From Rhizodiscina lignyota (Eukaryota), in the NCBI GenBank assembly GCA_010015805.1, contig ML978121.1, positions 3,906,001-3,970,000 of the forward strand: a DNA stretch of 64,000 nt, written 5' to 3'. Positions 12,472-25,027 of the stretch are shown here, in pieces (within the stretch, counting starts at the first letter, position 1; the number at the start of each line of letters is the position of its first letter). The translations under genes and the position numbers were made by a program. The notes under the pieces are model-generated. The model was given only the letters and a program-made list of their open reading frames with translations. It ran no database searches and had not been told where the DNA came from.

Positions 12472-13759
12472 TTAATCCTTTCCCTGAGCGTTTGACCCAT
12501 ATGTCGCAGCTAGCCTCCGCTCCAAGTGTCCCTTTGCTGTGAGGATTTGACCCTCATCGAGCTTCCCAACCCCCATACCAATGCTCATATCCCGCCCTTT
12601 GTTCTCTTCCATGTACGCCTTCACTACCGGACTCGGCACCTCTACCAGCTCCGCCTTATCCAGCGGATGACAGAAGTAAGCAATCGAGTACCTATCCCCT
12701 ATTGCCTCCCCATTCTGAGCCTTCGGGAAAATAACCCGGTGTACCGTGCTCTTGAACAGCCCGCCGGTCCAGTAACTCAACAAGTCACCGATGTTCACAA
12801 GAATCGGCAGCGCCGCTTCGTTGTGTGGATTCACAGGTACCGGAGACCACGATGTGCCGGATGGTATACGGATTTCGAGGCCTGGCTGTCCAGGGAGTTG
12901 AAACAGCAGCGTGATGCTGCCGTAGTCGCTGTGCGCGCCAGCCCGGATGTCTGTCTCGCCCTCTGGAAGCAAGGATGATGGTATCGATGGGTAGTAGAGC
13001 AGCCGGAGTATGCTTCCAGACGGGCCCTTGATGCGGTCGTGGCGAGACGAGAACCAAGAAGATCCGCCTGCGGATTCAGAGATTTGCAGCCCCTGGGCGA
13101 AGAGTACGTGGATGCGGTTGCACAGTTCGTGGCAGCTGTTCATGAAGTGGCCGACTGTGGTCTCTTGGACGGCTAGTGGCTCGGGAAAAGGCTGCTGGGG
13201 GTGGCCGTCTTTGAATTCGCCGATGTTGAAGGCCCTGGTGACGTGAGAAATGGAGATTGGAAGAAATCCTGGGGATTTACTCTTTAAAGTCGCCTCTCTA
13301 TAGGTACAAGTTAGCGGATGAACTCGATTAGAAGGATGTGGATTTGAGGTGAGGTAGAATCGAGGAACAAAATGATATTTCTAGACGTGAAAAGGTTGCC
13401 TGCTTACCTTTTGCTTTGCCGGGTCTAACGTCTCGGTATGCATGGCAAGCCACCCACGATTCTTTCCACTCTTTGCTGAATTTATCGAGCAAGTCTCTTT
13501 CACTTCTACGGAAGACTTGAACAACGTCTCAGACTAGGAAAATGTGAGAAATGCAAGCGTTATCAGCAATGGAAGCGCGCTGATTCACCAAGTTGAACAT
13601 CTGTGATATCTCTGACGGGGGGATGCCAGCAATGTTATTCTTCACGAACACAAATCCATACTTCGCTGCTGCATCGACAAGATCTTCTGCTGCATTCTTG
13701 TTCTCTTCAGAAATATCAATGACTGGTATAGTCACCGTGTCGCCGTTCTCTGCCGCCAT
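12472..13759 (-). CDS. 2-oxoglutarate/Fe(II)-dependent dioxygenase (DIOX_N + 2OG-FeII_Oxy)
   Basis: Exons 13759-13589, 13533-13408, 13297-13281 (17-nt micro-exon RGDFKE), 13234-12472. Motifs IPVIDIS, GFVFV, NRGW, LRLLYYP, AHSDYGSITLL, VNIGD, STVHRV, RYSIAYF. Confidence 0.93.
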
Positions 13760-14393
13760 GGGGAGACGATTCGGACTGTACGGGAGCTCGAACCAAGCTT
13801 ACGGAATGCCGAAATCAACGTCTACGAACGTTATCAGACTATTATCCAATATGTAGAATACGAGATCTTCGAACTGTTTACATACATGTCGCTTAGATGT
13901 ATTAATCCCGATTAGTGGAGAGTTTGCCAGTGAAGGAACTTGAATGAGGTTAGAGCAAACTGAGGCGTTCCTGGGACCGAAGAGATAATTTTAGTGCTCG
14001 TAGATTGAAAGAGGGATACCTTGAAGTACTCCCTCGGATTCGATAAAAGGTCTTATTGACTACTAATTCGAAAGCAAGTCTTTCGGCCCCCTTGTGATTC
14101 AACAGCGAATTACAGAGGGAATACGTGGTTCGTCACTATCTCTTGCTGACTAAGATGTGACAGTTACATGTAGAGTATGACGCCCTTACGTTGACGAAGC
14201 TTTCATTTGATATTTTACATTATCAATGATGATGCTGACCTGAGAAGCAAGCAATGGAGAATCTCTCTTTAGTTCCTTATAATCCTGCTATTTAAACGCA
14301 ATAGTGGATAAACGCACGCGTAATCCGTCCATTCAATGTCAGGTCTCACAACCCAAGTCCCAAGCTATCTGATCTTCCGAACCAGATACCATG

Positions 14394-15744
14394 TTACTCG
14401 AGAAACTGGTCGTAACGTGAATCAAGCACCCCATCCCTCCAGACAGCGCGAATTGGTAGACATAGATTTTGTTCGTCTTCCATCACATCTCTCACATCGC
14501 CATTTATCAAAATCAGATCAGCCTTCTTGCCAACGTCCAGCGAGCCACGATCCGTGAAGCCAAAGCGGTCAGCAGTGGTCGATGTACTGCTCTTGAGTAC
14601 ATCAATGGGCTTCATGTCGACTTCATGCGCCAACAGATGCATCTCCATATGCATAGTCAACCCAAATTGTTGACCGGAGGCTTGCCCGGAGCTGTCAGAA
14701 CCGACGACTATAGGGACACCATTTTCATACAGCTTCCGCGTCATGTCGATACCATGCTGCACGTGTGCAGATTCCCCACCCATGGCGAGATTCTTTCGCG
14801 GTTTGGTGTTAAACAACATCTTTTGCGCAAATGGATCTGCATGAAATCGTCGCTGTAACTCGTCCGCTGCACTGCTCTGCGACGCCAAGCAAGTCAATGT
14901 CGGGTTAATGAATGCTTTCTTCTCCTTGAAAAGCCCAACGTAGTCATCGGATCTAGCTTTATCCAACGGTGCATGCATCAGTCCATCGATTCCACATTGC
15001 AGGAGCTCCAGCATGCCTTCAAAGCTGAACGCATGTCCCACAGCCGGGAGGCCATGAGCATGCGCAGCTTCGATGAGTGCCCTCTGGAGTTCAAGCGATG
15101 GTGTGCTTGGCATTTTGTTTTTGAGCGAATCGCCGAGTTCGTGGAAGAGCTTGATGTATTCGGCACCACACTGCTCGACCTGCTCTTGGACAAAAGGATC
15201 GGCATCATGAGGACTTTGCAGCTTTGGCCATCGGTCTATGACTGTCTGAACATTTGGACCCTTGGCGTGTAGACGCATTACCGGCTCTGGCCAGCCACCG
15301 CTGATTGTAGCTCCCATTCCGCATGACTTAAAGTCTGCAAAGCGGCTTTTGTTTGCTGGATCGCTTGCAAACTGTCGTTCAGAATCAGCATATCTGCACT
15401 GCAATGAGACGCTCAGTTATAACCTGCTGTAGCTTTGTAATACTCCCACGGCCATTGTGCATGTCGCAGACCGTTGTCACTCCAAAATTCAGGCTCTGTT
15501 CCAAGCATATCGGGTTCCCTCCAAGCCCGTGGATATGAGCATCGATCAGACCAGGCAGTACCGTATGATCTGGCATGCTGTATACTGGAACTATGTCGTC
15601 ATGTGCTTTCTCATAAGTACCTTCACCAACATCGCAGATTTTGCCTTTCCCAACGACAACATAGCCGCGCTCGATGAATCTGCTGCCGTCGAATATGAGA
15701 ACGTCCGTTACGACAAAATTGTCCCGTGGCGAGATGTCAACCAT
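14394..15744 (-). CDS. Metal-dependent amidohydrolase superfamily protein
   Basis: Exons 15744-15424 and 15371-14394 (52-nt intron). Motifs LPGLIDAHIH, GVTTVCDM, YIKLFHE, VGHA, GLMH, VGSDS, DRGSLDVGKKADLIL. Confidence 0.9.
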
Positions 15745-16300
15745 GTTGAGATGTGGTACATGTAATCAACAGACCGCTTGTTGACGATTTTCTACTCGTC
15801 TCGTCCAGGCTCTTATATAGTTCCTCGACTTGCTTCATCGGACTTTGTCGCGCTTCGAAGGAGTCGGACTTAACCATCGTGTCGCATTCTGCGGACATCA
15901 CAGTGCGCGGCGTCCGCCTGCTATGGCCGGTACTCGCAAGAAGTGTGCTGAAGGAAGATCAATCTAGCTCGCACGAGGCTTTAGAGGTTTCCATTGGCCC
16001 TTGTGGTTCGATTGAGCCTTTCGATACGTCGGTGCGTCTGCAGATAAACAATGAACTTGCCTGGAAACGGAAATCATAGATTCCGAGATCGGCGAAAGCG
16101 AAATCGGTGAATCTGAACGTCCCGTATTCAAGGAAATTTATTTGAGCCTGTGGAGTAGAAATGCCATCTTTGAACTGTCATGCAATTCAACTCTTCAAAC
16201 GCATCTGCATAAACAACCTATTTACATACTACAAAGTTCTACACTAACGAAGTCCATATTGTCGAAATACCTCATGCTTGGTATCATGCTCCAGACGCTT

Positions 16301-17979
16301 TCAAGCCTCCTTCTTCGTCTCCGGCCTGTTCGTTCCGCTATTGGAAGAATCCTTGTCCAGCGGTGCGATCTCATCCTCTGCCCCCTTGGCTTTCCCGGGA
16401 ATGCCACCAATGTGATGAGGCTCCTCTGGTAGAGGTCTGCCCATAATGATACCGTGGACCCCGGATTCAAGATCCCCATCCTTCGGCTCCAGCAGACTCC
16501 GGTTGTAGTAAGCAAACGTATAGCTCTCTTCTTGGTGTACGGCGAAGTCACCAATCTTGCATGCTTCATCGGTCATGCGTAGAGGTATGCGAAGGACATA
16601 CTTGATGAAGAGCATGATGAGCGATGTCCACACTATGTTCCAGCCGATGACAAATAGCGCAGATACAATCTGTATCCAGACTTGGCGGCCGTTGCCATCA
16701 ATGGCACCACCGGGATTGCTCAGACCAAAGGCTGCGCATCCCTTTGAGGTCGCAAAGAGACCAGTCCCAATGCCGCCGACGAGTGCGCCGACAAAGTGAG
16801 TGTGGAAGACGTCGAGACAGTCATCAACATGCTGGAAGAGCCAGACGTATCTCTTGCCAAGATTGAGGGAGATCTGTGGGATGGTCAGTTCTATTTACAC
16901 GTGACCAGTTGGTCTCCGCTCTTACCCAAGGAATGATACCAGAGCCGAGGCCGAGAGCAATAGCGCCCCAGCCAGCAACTACACCCGCAGCAGGAGTGAT
17001 AGCAACCAAACCCGTGATCATGCCTTGAATCGCTCCGATTACGGAAGGCCTTCGGAAATATGCAAGGTCCATAAACACCCAGACGAGGGAACTGAATGCG
17101 GTGCAGAGATTGGTATTCAGAACCGCAGCACCCGCGTCGGGAGATGCTGCGTAAGGATCACCACCATTGAATCCGTTCCAGCCAATCCAGAGGATGCCTG
17201 CACCCACCAGCATAAGCAGAATATTATTCGGCGTCGCATCGTCAAGATCTTCTTCGATCCGAGGACCTATCCAGTAAGCCCCTACAAAGCCTGCCGTGCC
17301 TGACGAAAGGTGGATGACGTAGCTGTGGAATTTGTCAGGAGTCTCGAGATGCATATGCGATACATTGAGATGCTCACCCTCCTGAGTAGTCAATGACGCC
17401 GAGCTGGAAGAGGAAACCACCACCCCAGATGCTGAATGCACCAATTGCATACGAGAACGTCAGCCAGAGGGGTACGAAGACCATCCAGGCGAAGAAGTTC
17501 ATCCGGCACAAGTACGATCCAGCGACAAGGATGAGCGTGATTGCCGCGAACACAAACTGGAAGTAAATCATTGTAGATTGCGGGTAATTTTGGTACACGT
17601 CAGCGGCCGGAAGGTAAGACTGTTTCAATTCGTAGTCCATCTCAACAGCTGGTCCCGGAACACCTATTCCATGTCAGTAACATTGAAAGCAGGCTATTAA
17701 GGGGTTGGACATACCGACGAAGGGAAGCATTTGCTTCCCGAAGGATTCCTTGTAAGCCCAGATCATCCAGCAAATCAAGACTGCACCAAACGCGTAGAAA
17801 GCCATAAATGCAGAGTTGATGGCCCATTTGTGCTTCACCCACCCGGCATACAGTACCACAAGGCCAGGAACGCTCTGCAGCGCAACGAGCGAAGCGGCAG
17901 TAAGCTGCCAGGCATTGTCTCCCTTCTCAAGCCAGTCCGGGTTTGTGAAAGTAGCGGGAAACGTCACGTTCTCCGCCAT
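16301..17979 (-). CDS. Ammonium transporter (Amt/Mep), plant-AMT2-like MEP-alpha type
   Basis: Exons 17979-17715, 17663-17378, 17322-16926, 16873-16301. Motifs [74 protein letters not shown] (twin His). Confidence 0.95.
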
Positions 17980-18168
17980 CTTGAGTGAGAAAAGGATTGA
18001 TGATGGCAAAAGCAGAGAGAGACACACAGAAGGAACCTGGAGGACGCGCCGGAGACGCGACTTTAAAGCTACCCCAGCTCCCTCCCGCACCTACATCGAT
18101 TCGAGCTACCTCATCAGATTAGGTATGATCTCTCCATGCTGCAAAATCTTCAGATTTTCGCCAAGGAT

Positions 18169-19022
18169 GATAAGGCTCGAGGACCGGGGAGGTTCAGCTG
18201 GCATCTGGAACGCATCTCTATGACAACGAGGCGTCAAATGGAGGAAAAAATGGAAGTTGCAGCCAGTGGCTGTTCTTGGCGTACTCTAGATCCACTTTGT
18301 CGCATTGAAAAATTGCGCCGTGCATGATGTTTGCAGTGCGTAGAAAAGAATTTCGGCGTGGGGATTGGTTAAATGCGAGATTTCCTTATCTGTGGATGTT
18401 CTGTGGACGACGTTTTAGCGAGCGGAAGGCGCCACGAAAGTTCGTTTTGCAGCTTGCTGAAAGGGGCCGGGTACGTACTCGGAGACGAGTGCATCTGGTG
18501 GACCGATGTTGAAGTGAGTTCGTGTCCTATTGACGAGTGCCGGCGGTTAAACCGGAGGTCACGGATTGAGTATTCCGGAGATTTGAAACCTCATACTGTG
18601 TGCACAATATTTCTCGGTATGTAGAGGAGAAGGAAACGTGATGAAATTCTAGAAGAAAAGAATTTTCATCGCTAGAAGAGAATTCATCGCGCATAGCGCA
18701 CCGGGGAGATTCGAGCAATGGGGTGCATCTTGTCGCGGAAGTGGGGGTTGGAGAAGATGCTGCAGCCCAGCTGCCAAACGCGTGGAGCACGCGAGTCTTT
18801 ACGCCGTGGCTGGCGTCCGAGAGCAAGTGGTGTGAGCGCGGTCGAGTGTGGAGGTGAAAGAATGAGCAATCGTCGGGCTCGAGATAAGCATTGAAGTGTG
18901 AAAGAAGCTCAATACTAAACGGGCCAAGCCTCGCACCAGTGGGGTTTAGCGGCGTGGCATTCCGATGATCCCATTCGGTCGCTTCCGCATTCAGGGTTCA
19001 CCACCAGCCTGCGTCTGATAAG
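18169..19022. promoter_or_regulatory. GATAAG (AreA/NIT2-type) sites upstream of the ammonium transporter
   Basis: GATAAG at 18169, 18883, 19017 and CTTATC at 18385. Confidence 0.45.
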
Positions 19023-19446
19023 CACCCGAGATATGCTCTCTGGCTAATCAACACACCCCGTTGGGCGTGGATATGGCCGCCGCACCTTCCATCTGCTCTG
19101 CACTCCATACTTGTCCGGGGTAAGCGGACCCTGATCTGCATGTGCTACCTAGAAGATGGACGAGACCCAAGAACACGCGCTCCACAGCTTCTGGCCTCGA
19201 ATCCTGCGGTTATTAGAGGGTCGAGCGAGCGGTAAAACAGGCTGCCTTGTCAGCCAAGACTGAGATTTGCCCATATTATTTGACTTGGCCGCCAAGCTTA
19301 CAATACCTTTTGTTCTCTGTCAACTGCGCGATCCAGCATACCCGACAAATCGAATTGCAAACCACACCCTGGGGTTACATGTGCCGCTTCAGCCTTCCTT
19401 CAGTAACTCACGCTTGGCTATCATCCATTATTTTCTGAACTCAGTC

Positions 19447-19797
19447 ATGACTTCTTCAAAGAAGGAAGTGGTGGTCTCCATAAGCCATCATCGACGTTCA
19501 AACGACAGCCATGCTCCACTCTTGAACCACGGGCTCCAAGTGGAACAGAACAAGGCCGCTCGCCCATATTTCTGTGGCATTGGTGGAGCTGGCAATTTTC
19601 GTAAGCTCACAACGATTATGCAGGCCTTTCGGAGTGTTGCGGCTCTGCACAGCTTCTGATCTGACATACATGTGCCAGAAAATCCAAACAAGTCGCGCGT
19701 CAAAAACCGATCCAGCGGGTATCCAGAGGGCGGATCTCTGCGCCGATTCGTTACGATGGCGAAGAGACCGACGATATTTCGTTCGGCAGGTACCTGA
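19447..19797 (+). CDS. Small (~90 aa) basic protein with GIGGAGNF motif (DUF3602-like)
   Basis: Exon 19447-19600, intron 19601-19678 (GTAAGC..CTGAC..CAG), exon 19679-19797. The spliced form is not in the ORF track. Confidence 0.6.
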
Positions 19798-20743
19798 AAA
19801 GACATGAGGTCTTGACAGAATTCAATTTGGCGAAACCATATCACGCGTCGGGCCGGTGCTCCAGAATTTCAGAAGAAAGTTACACTCCGCGGGACCATTG
19901 TTGCATCGTCTTATATCCTCGGGTATTCGAGGGTGATGTTCGTTGATCGGTAGAAAGGTTAACGGCCACTGATACGTTTATTCGCGGAGCTTGAATCCAT
20001 ATATACTAGCGATACATGTCTCGGTGTGGCCACCTCTTCGAGGGACCTGGCCGCTGATGCACGGGTCGCGTCTGTCTGCTAAAGATGAAAATACGCAAGG
20101 AATGACGCACCGTCGATGTTATCTCGCGGATTGTATCATTACAGCACATTGGCTGATCTTAGTGTTACTGAAACTTTTCGGAGGGGTGAATGTAGAATAA
20201 GGAACCAAATACAGAGAAGTCTTGACATCAAAAGACACTATACAGATCAAAATTACTTAAAATGGAGGAAAATTTCTCTCTCGACTGTTCAGAGGGTGCC
20301 ATTTGAAATGAAGTTATCCAAACGTTAGAGAGAATCTTGCCATTGAGCCCCATAGAATACTCTACTGGCTTGTTATGTTTCTGCGCTAGAAGACATTAGT
20401 TGAACTACAGGGTCTATTGTTCGGATGCCTTTTCTGGGCAAAAGCTGGTGCGGACGAGGCATCGAGACTACCGAGCGGAGAGTAGAAAAAGATTCTCAGT
20501 GTCCCCGGCTGTAGTGAGATAATTTAGCAATAGTCAGCCGTACATGGCGCGCGTTTACTGTAGCGCGCTTCCCTGCTACTTTTTGTGGGCCGCATATGTA
20601 GCTTCACAATTCGTTGCTTGGCGTACACAAACACCTTGTCGCCAGCCTCACCGTAAGAGGAGACGCGACGGCGTACGTCGCTCCCTTCTTCTTCCCTTGC
20701 ATCCCTCCTCTCCACATATACTGCCAGGTCACTCTCTATCACC

Positions 20744-23041
20744 ATGGGGATCCGCTCTTTCGACGACTGGGTCGCTTCAAGCGGACTGCGAGAGCGGTCG
20801 CAGATGAAGCATCTTGCCAATGCAACTGTTGCCATTGAAGCCGAGCAGTACCTGGAGCGTCTTATGACCGTTCCACCTACGAAGGAACCGCTTTTATCTG
20901 CCATTGGGGGAATGCCATTCGCACTGCGCAACCAGGTCCACGGGCACGTCGAGATCTGGAGAAGCTATGGCATGACACCTTTCTTCGTGTTCACTGGAAT
21001 TGATGGCTACAAGCAAGACGATACGGTCGCGGCTGCGGAGGCGAACGAGAGGATCAATGATGAAGCGTGGAAGATGTACGAGCATCAGCAGCCTCAGGAA
21101 GCTGTTACGACGTTTGGTCGTTCTGGTGCGGTTCAACCTCAACGGCGTGTTACACGTGCTAAATCTTATCTTTAGGTTCAGTGAAGCCGAAAAATATCGC
21201 GCGCTACCTCCAGACCATCCTCCGCGAGTTCTCCGTCGCCTTCATTGTTGCTCCTTACAGCGCCTGGGCCCAGTTGGCATATTTGGAGAATAAAACTAAT
21301 GGCGCTTTCGACGCTATTTCCGGTGGTCCTGAATGCTTTCTCTTCGATGCTAACAAGGTCATTGTCGAATGGGATTTCGACAATAAAGAGTTCTACTGGG
21401 TCAGGAAGCGAGATCTTATTGAGAACTTGGGCAATCTGCACCAAGACATTTTCGTGGATGTACTGCTGCTGTCTGGCTCGGAGATACTCCCGACGATCCC
21501 AGTTGCACTACAACAGCGCAAACAGTTCACAGTCAAGTCCGTCCGAGATCTCATGATCATGGGCCCGCCGAAGGACGGTTACCAGCTCTGCAAGAGTTAC
21601 GAGGAGGATCCGGCGATGCGGCAGCAGAACTACTTGGAGCGATATCGCAAGGCTCGAACAGCTGTTAAGCATCACACTGTGATAACGATGGATGGCCGGA
21701 TCGAGATATTGAACATGGGACAGGCGCCAAGAGATCTACACGAAGTCATGGGGCAGCGGCTGCCGGATGAGCTCTATACTTATCTGACAAAAGGTCTTGT
21801 TGGCCCTCGCCTCCTGCATTACCGTACGTACGCGGAGATCTTGGAGCTACCTCCTCTCGCTGGAGGCGAAGTTGAACAGTACCGCAAACTGGTTGGCGAG
21901 CAACTGCGAGATGTCCGGCAGGCGACTCTGGCACTCCTCTCTTACTCCCTCCATCGTTTCTACCAGCATCATAATGTCGAGTTGAAGTGTTGGTTCGACA
22001 AGGATGTTCGCGATACCCCAACAAGGACACTCAGCATCAGTGATTTCGGCGACCCGCGTCCCACTGTCGGAGGCTTCAATGTAAAAGCGGACAACTTCGC
22101 CAGTGCTACGAAGCAGTTCACAAAGAGTGGCTTGTTGGGTGTTGTGACCTTGTCCCTTGGTGACGAGGATTTCGTAGCTAGGAGCATCGTCAAGAGAGAT
22201 CTATCCAACATGAACCGGCTTTCCCACAAAGATGAGGTCCTGTTCAACTCTTTGTGGCGTGTGCTGCAACTACGTGGCTACATCGATGCTCAGCATCGCT
22301 TTACTCCATGGGGCAAAGTGTTGCAAGCAGCGATGTCGACGCTCGACGGTCGCGATGCTCGAATGGAAGAGTCGGTCGTGCTTGCCGTCGAACTCGTCCG
22401 CCTGGGTCTTCTCACATCCGAAAACATGTTCCCTCACTACCCTGGTGTGCCTTTCCGCGGCACAGATACCGACAAACGCAACACCATCCTTGTCTCGCGC
22501 GTCGCGTGTTTCCACTACTTGAACCACAACAGCATCGGTTTCACCGGACCTCTGAGCAGAAGCTTGCTCGCATACCACAGTATGATCTGTGAGGTTCGCG
22601 AAGCACTGAGAGACTTGACAGAGGCAAGCGTTGTGACGCTGTTCATGAATGGAGATGCAGATAGGAACCGTAACGACTTTACTGAGATGGGTCTGGACTT
22701 GCCATTCCTTCGTCATAATGACTGTGGCCTCGGTATCGCCGTCGTGTCGTACCTCGATGAGCTTGTGGGAAGACCAGACCCGCGCACCCCGGAGGCGAGG
22801 GCAGAGGTTCGCGAGAAGGGACCAAAGGATTGGTTCCCGCATGGATTGAATTTCTCTGGAGACTTGGATAGTGCATTCAAACTTTGGGATGCGGTGAGTA
22901 CTTGCTTCATAACGCCATTCAAGCGTACATGCCGGCTAATATAGGCTCTAGGTATACGAAGGTGTCAAGGCTGGAGGCAATCTCATCAAACAGAGACAGG
23001 TCTGGGATGAGGTCGATCAGTGGCTCGTCGGACTACGCTGA
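20744..23041 (+). CDS. MKT1: Mkt1-family XPG/PIN-like post-transcriptional regulator
   Basis: Exons 20744-21125, 21176-22893, 22952-23041. Motifs MGIRSFDDW, EPLLSAIGGMPF, PFFVFTG, VAPYSAWAQLAYL, GQRLPDELY, LQLRGYI, FTGPLSRSLLAYHS, LPF..DCGLGIAV. Confidence 0.88.
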
Positions 23042-23321
23042 GCCTGAAGTCTCGCACTGCCGAAAACTCCAAGGTGATGCTGAGTAAGGCATACCATGCC
23101 TGGTGGGATCTGGTCCACAAATTGACTTCGAGAGAAGGACGTCCTTCACTACTCAATATCATAAGATCAGGTGCTTGAATGCTACCGTTGATCTGGCGCT
23201 GCGATTACCCATTTCGGTTCCTACAGGATGTTGCAGTAAGCGAGCACGCCTCAGGTTGGATAGAATACTGGCCTCCAACAGTATAGCAACTCCAAAACAT
23301 CACTGCCCAAAAAGCGTGTAC

Positions 23322-23346
23322 GTAGAGGTAGAGGTAGAGGTAGAGG
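23322..23346 (+). repeat. (GTAGAG)x4 microsatellite
   Basis: gtagaggtagaggtagaggtagagg read directly. Confidence 0.85.
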
Positions 23347-23971
23347 ATTAGCATCTGGTACCTGAGCTCGTTCTCGGCACCATACCTAAAAAGTCATTTC
23401 CCCGAGGTCTCCGAAATCCTTGCTTCTCATTCCAAATAAGAATGCGCCCCAGCATCGATTGAGCGTCAGGAATGCAGCATGAGGCCTCACTTGCTGTCTC
23501 TGGGAAGACACACACTTTTTGAATCTGTGACATGCGCGCATCGCCGACAGATCCACGGCGGTCCGCTCTTTGAGCTGCCCGATTCGGCCTAGCCACGCTC
23601 GGCCGCCTCCCGCATATCGACGTTCTTGGTTCCTGTAGAATGGCCACTCCATACCACTCGACGCCCTATGAGTCGCACGCGTCGCTTAGCTGATGCCGCC
23701 GACTGCGGAGAATGCTGGTTCGATAAGCACACGCGGTTGCTCCCATAGGCAAGTAGGATCATTAGAGCTCGACTGCCTTGCTCCGGCGTGCATGCTGAGG
23801 CGTCAATGCCGAGATTGTACGCTTCCGCGTCACTGCGAGCTGCTGCATCTGGCTGAACTTTGCGCGTTGTGACGAAGATTTGCCGCGTTCATAAAGCATG
23901 TAGGTCTTCCTTCCTTTCTTATCTTTTCCTTTTCCTGTTCTCTTCACTCTTGGGGAGTCGCGTCTTTCAGC

Positions 23972-24955
23972 ATGACGCTTGTCAAGGTGCCTGTCAGCGA
24001 GGGCAACATCCCTTTCAAATACTCGACCCTCCCGAAACTGTGCTACACGTGGTATCGCCTTTATGGGACAATCAAGGCGGATGGGCCTCGGCCGCTCGTC
24101 GTGCTCCACGGCGGGCCAGGCGTGCCTCACAATTACATGGAATCTCTGAAATCGATGGCATACCCACCTTACAATCGCCCAGTCATCATGTACGACCAAC
24201 TCGGGTGCGGGAAGAGCACACACATCCCGGAAATGAACGGTGATAAAGGCAGAGAGTTCTGGACGGTGAAACTGTTCCTCGCCGAGCTGGAGAACGTGGT
24301 GAAATATTTTGGCATCCAAGATTCTTACGACGTCTTGGGGAATTCGTGGGGAGGCATGCTCGGCGCTGAGCACGCGATCACCCAGCCAAAGGGTCTGAAC
24401 AAGCTGGTCGTTGCAGACTCACCGGCAGACATGGTGGATTGGGTGCGCGTTGCAAACGGTCTACGCAAAGGGCTGCCAAAGAAAATACAGGAGACACTAG
24501 AACGGTGTGAGCGCGAAGGCAAGACGGAGACAAAAGAGTATGAGGAAGCCGTCCAAGTATTCTACGACAAGCACGTCTGCAGAATCGTTCCCAATCCAGA
24601 AGATGTCCAGGAGTCCTTCCGGTTGCTCGCAGAAGATAACACAGTCTACCTCACCATGAACGGACCGTCCGAGTTCTTCGTCATCGGCACGTTGAAGTAT
24701 TGGAATATTAAGAGTCAGCTACACATGATCAAAGTGCCGGTGCTGTTGATCAACGGAAAGTTCGACGAGGCACAGGATGAATGTGTAATGCCGTATTTCC
24801 AGGGCATCGAACACGTGAAGTGGGTTCATTTCGCGGAGTCAGCGCATATGCCGCACTGGGAAGAAAGGGATCGATATATGCAGGTAGTGGGCGCCTTTTT
24901 GGATGATTCGCCGAAGTCCTTAAGCTCTCAGTTTACTAAGAAGCTAAAGTTGTAG
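23972..24955 (+). CDS. Proline iminopeptidase / L-amino acid amidase (S33 alpha/beta hydrolase)
   Basis: Intronless 327 aa; LHGGPG, YDQLGCGKS, GNSWGG (Ser), MNGPSEF, GKFDE (Asp), SAHMPH (His). Confidence 0.93.
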   Translation: MTLVKVPVSEGNIPFKYSTLPKLCYTWYRLYGTIKADGPRPLVVLHGGPGVPHNYMESLKSMAYPPYNRPVIMYDQLGCGKSTHIPEMNGDKGREFWTVKLFLAELENVVKYFGIQDSYDVLGNSWGGMLGAEHAITQPKGLNKLVVADSPADMVDWVRVANGLRKGLPKKIQETLERCEREGKTETKEYEEAVQVFYDKHVCRIVPNPEDVQESFRLLAEDNTVYLTMNGPSEFFVIGTLKYWNIKSQLHMIKVPVLLINGKFDEAQDECVMPYFQGIEHVKWVHFAESAHMPHWEERDRYMQVVGAFLDDSPKSLSSQFTKKLKL

Positions 24956-25027
24956 ACGACCGGCCGATTGAAGAAGGGATAATGCGCTCCAACCCTCTTG
25001 TACATAGAAATGGATTCTGCATTGAGC

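Noticed and set aside
19100..19300. TPP-riboswitch-like fragments (CTGAGA, CCTGATCTG)
   Set aside because: The elements are in the wrong order, lack the pairing, and are not in a thiamine-gene intron.
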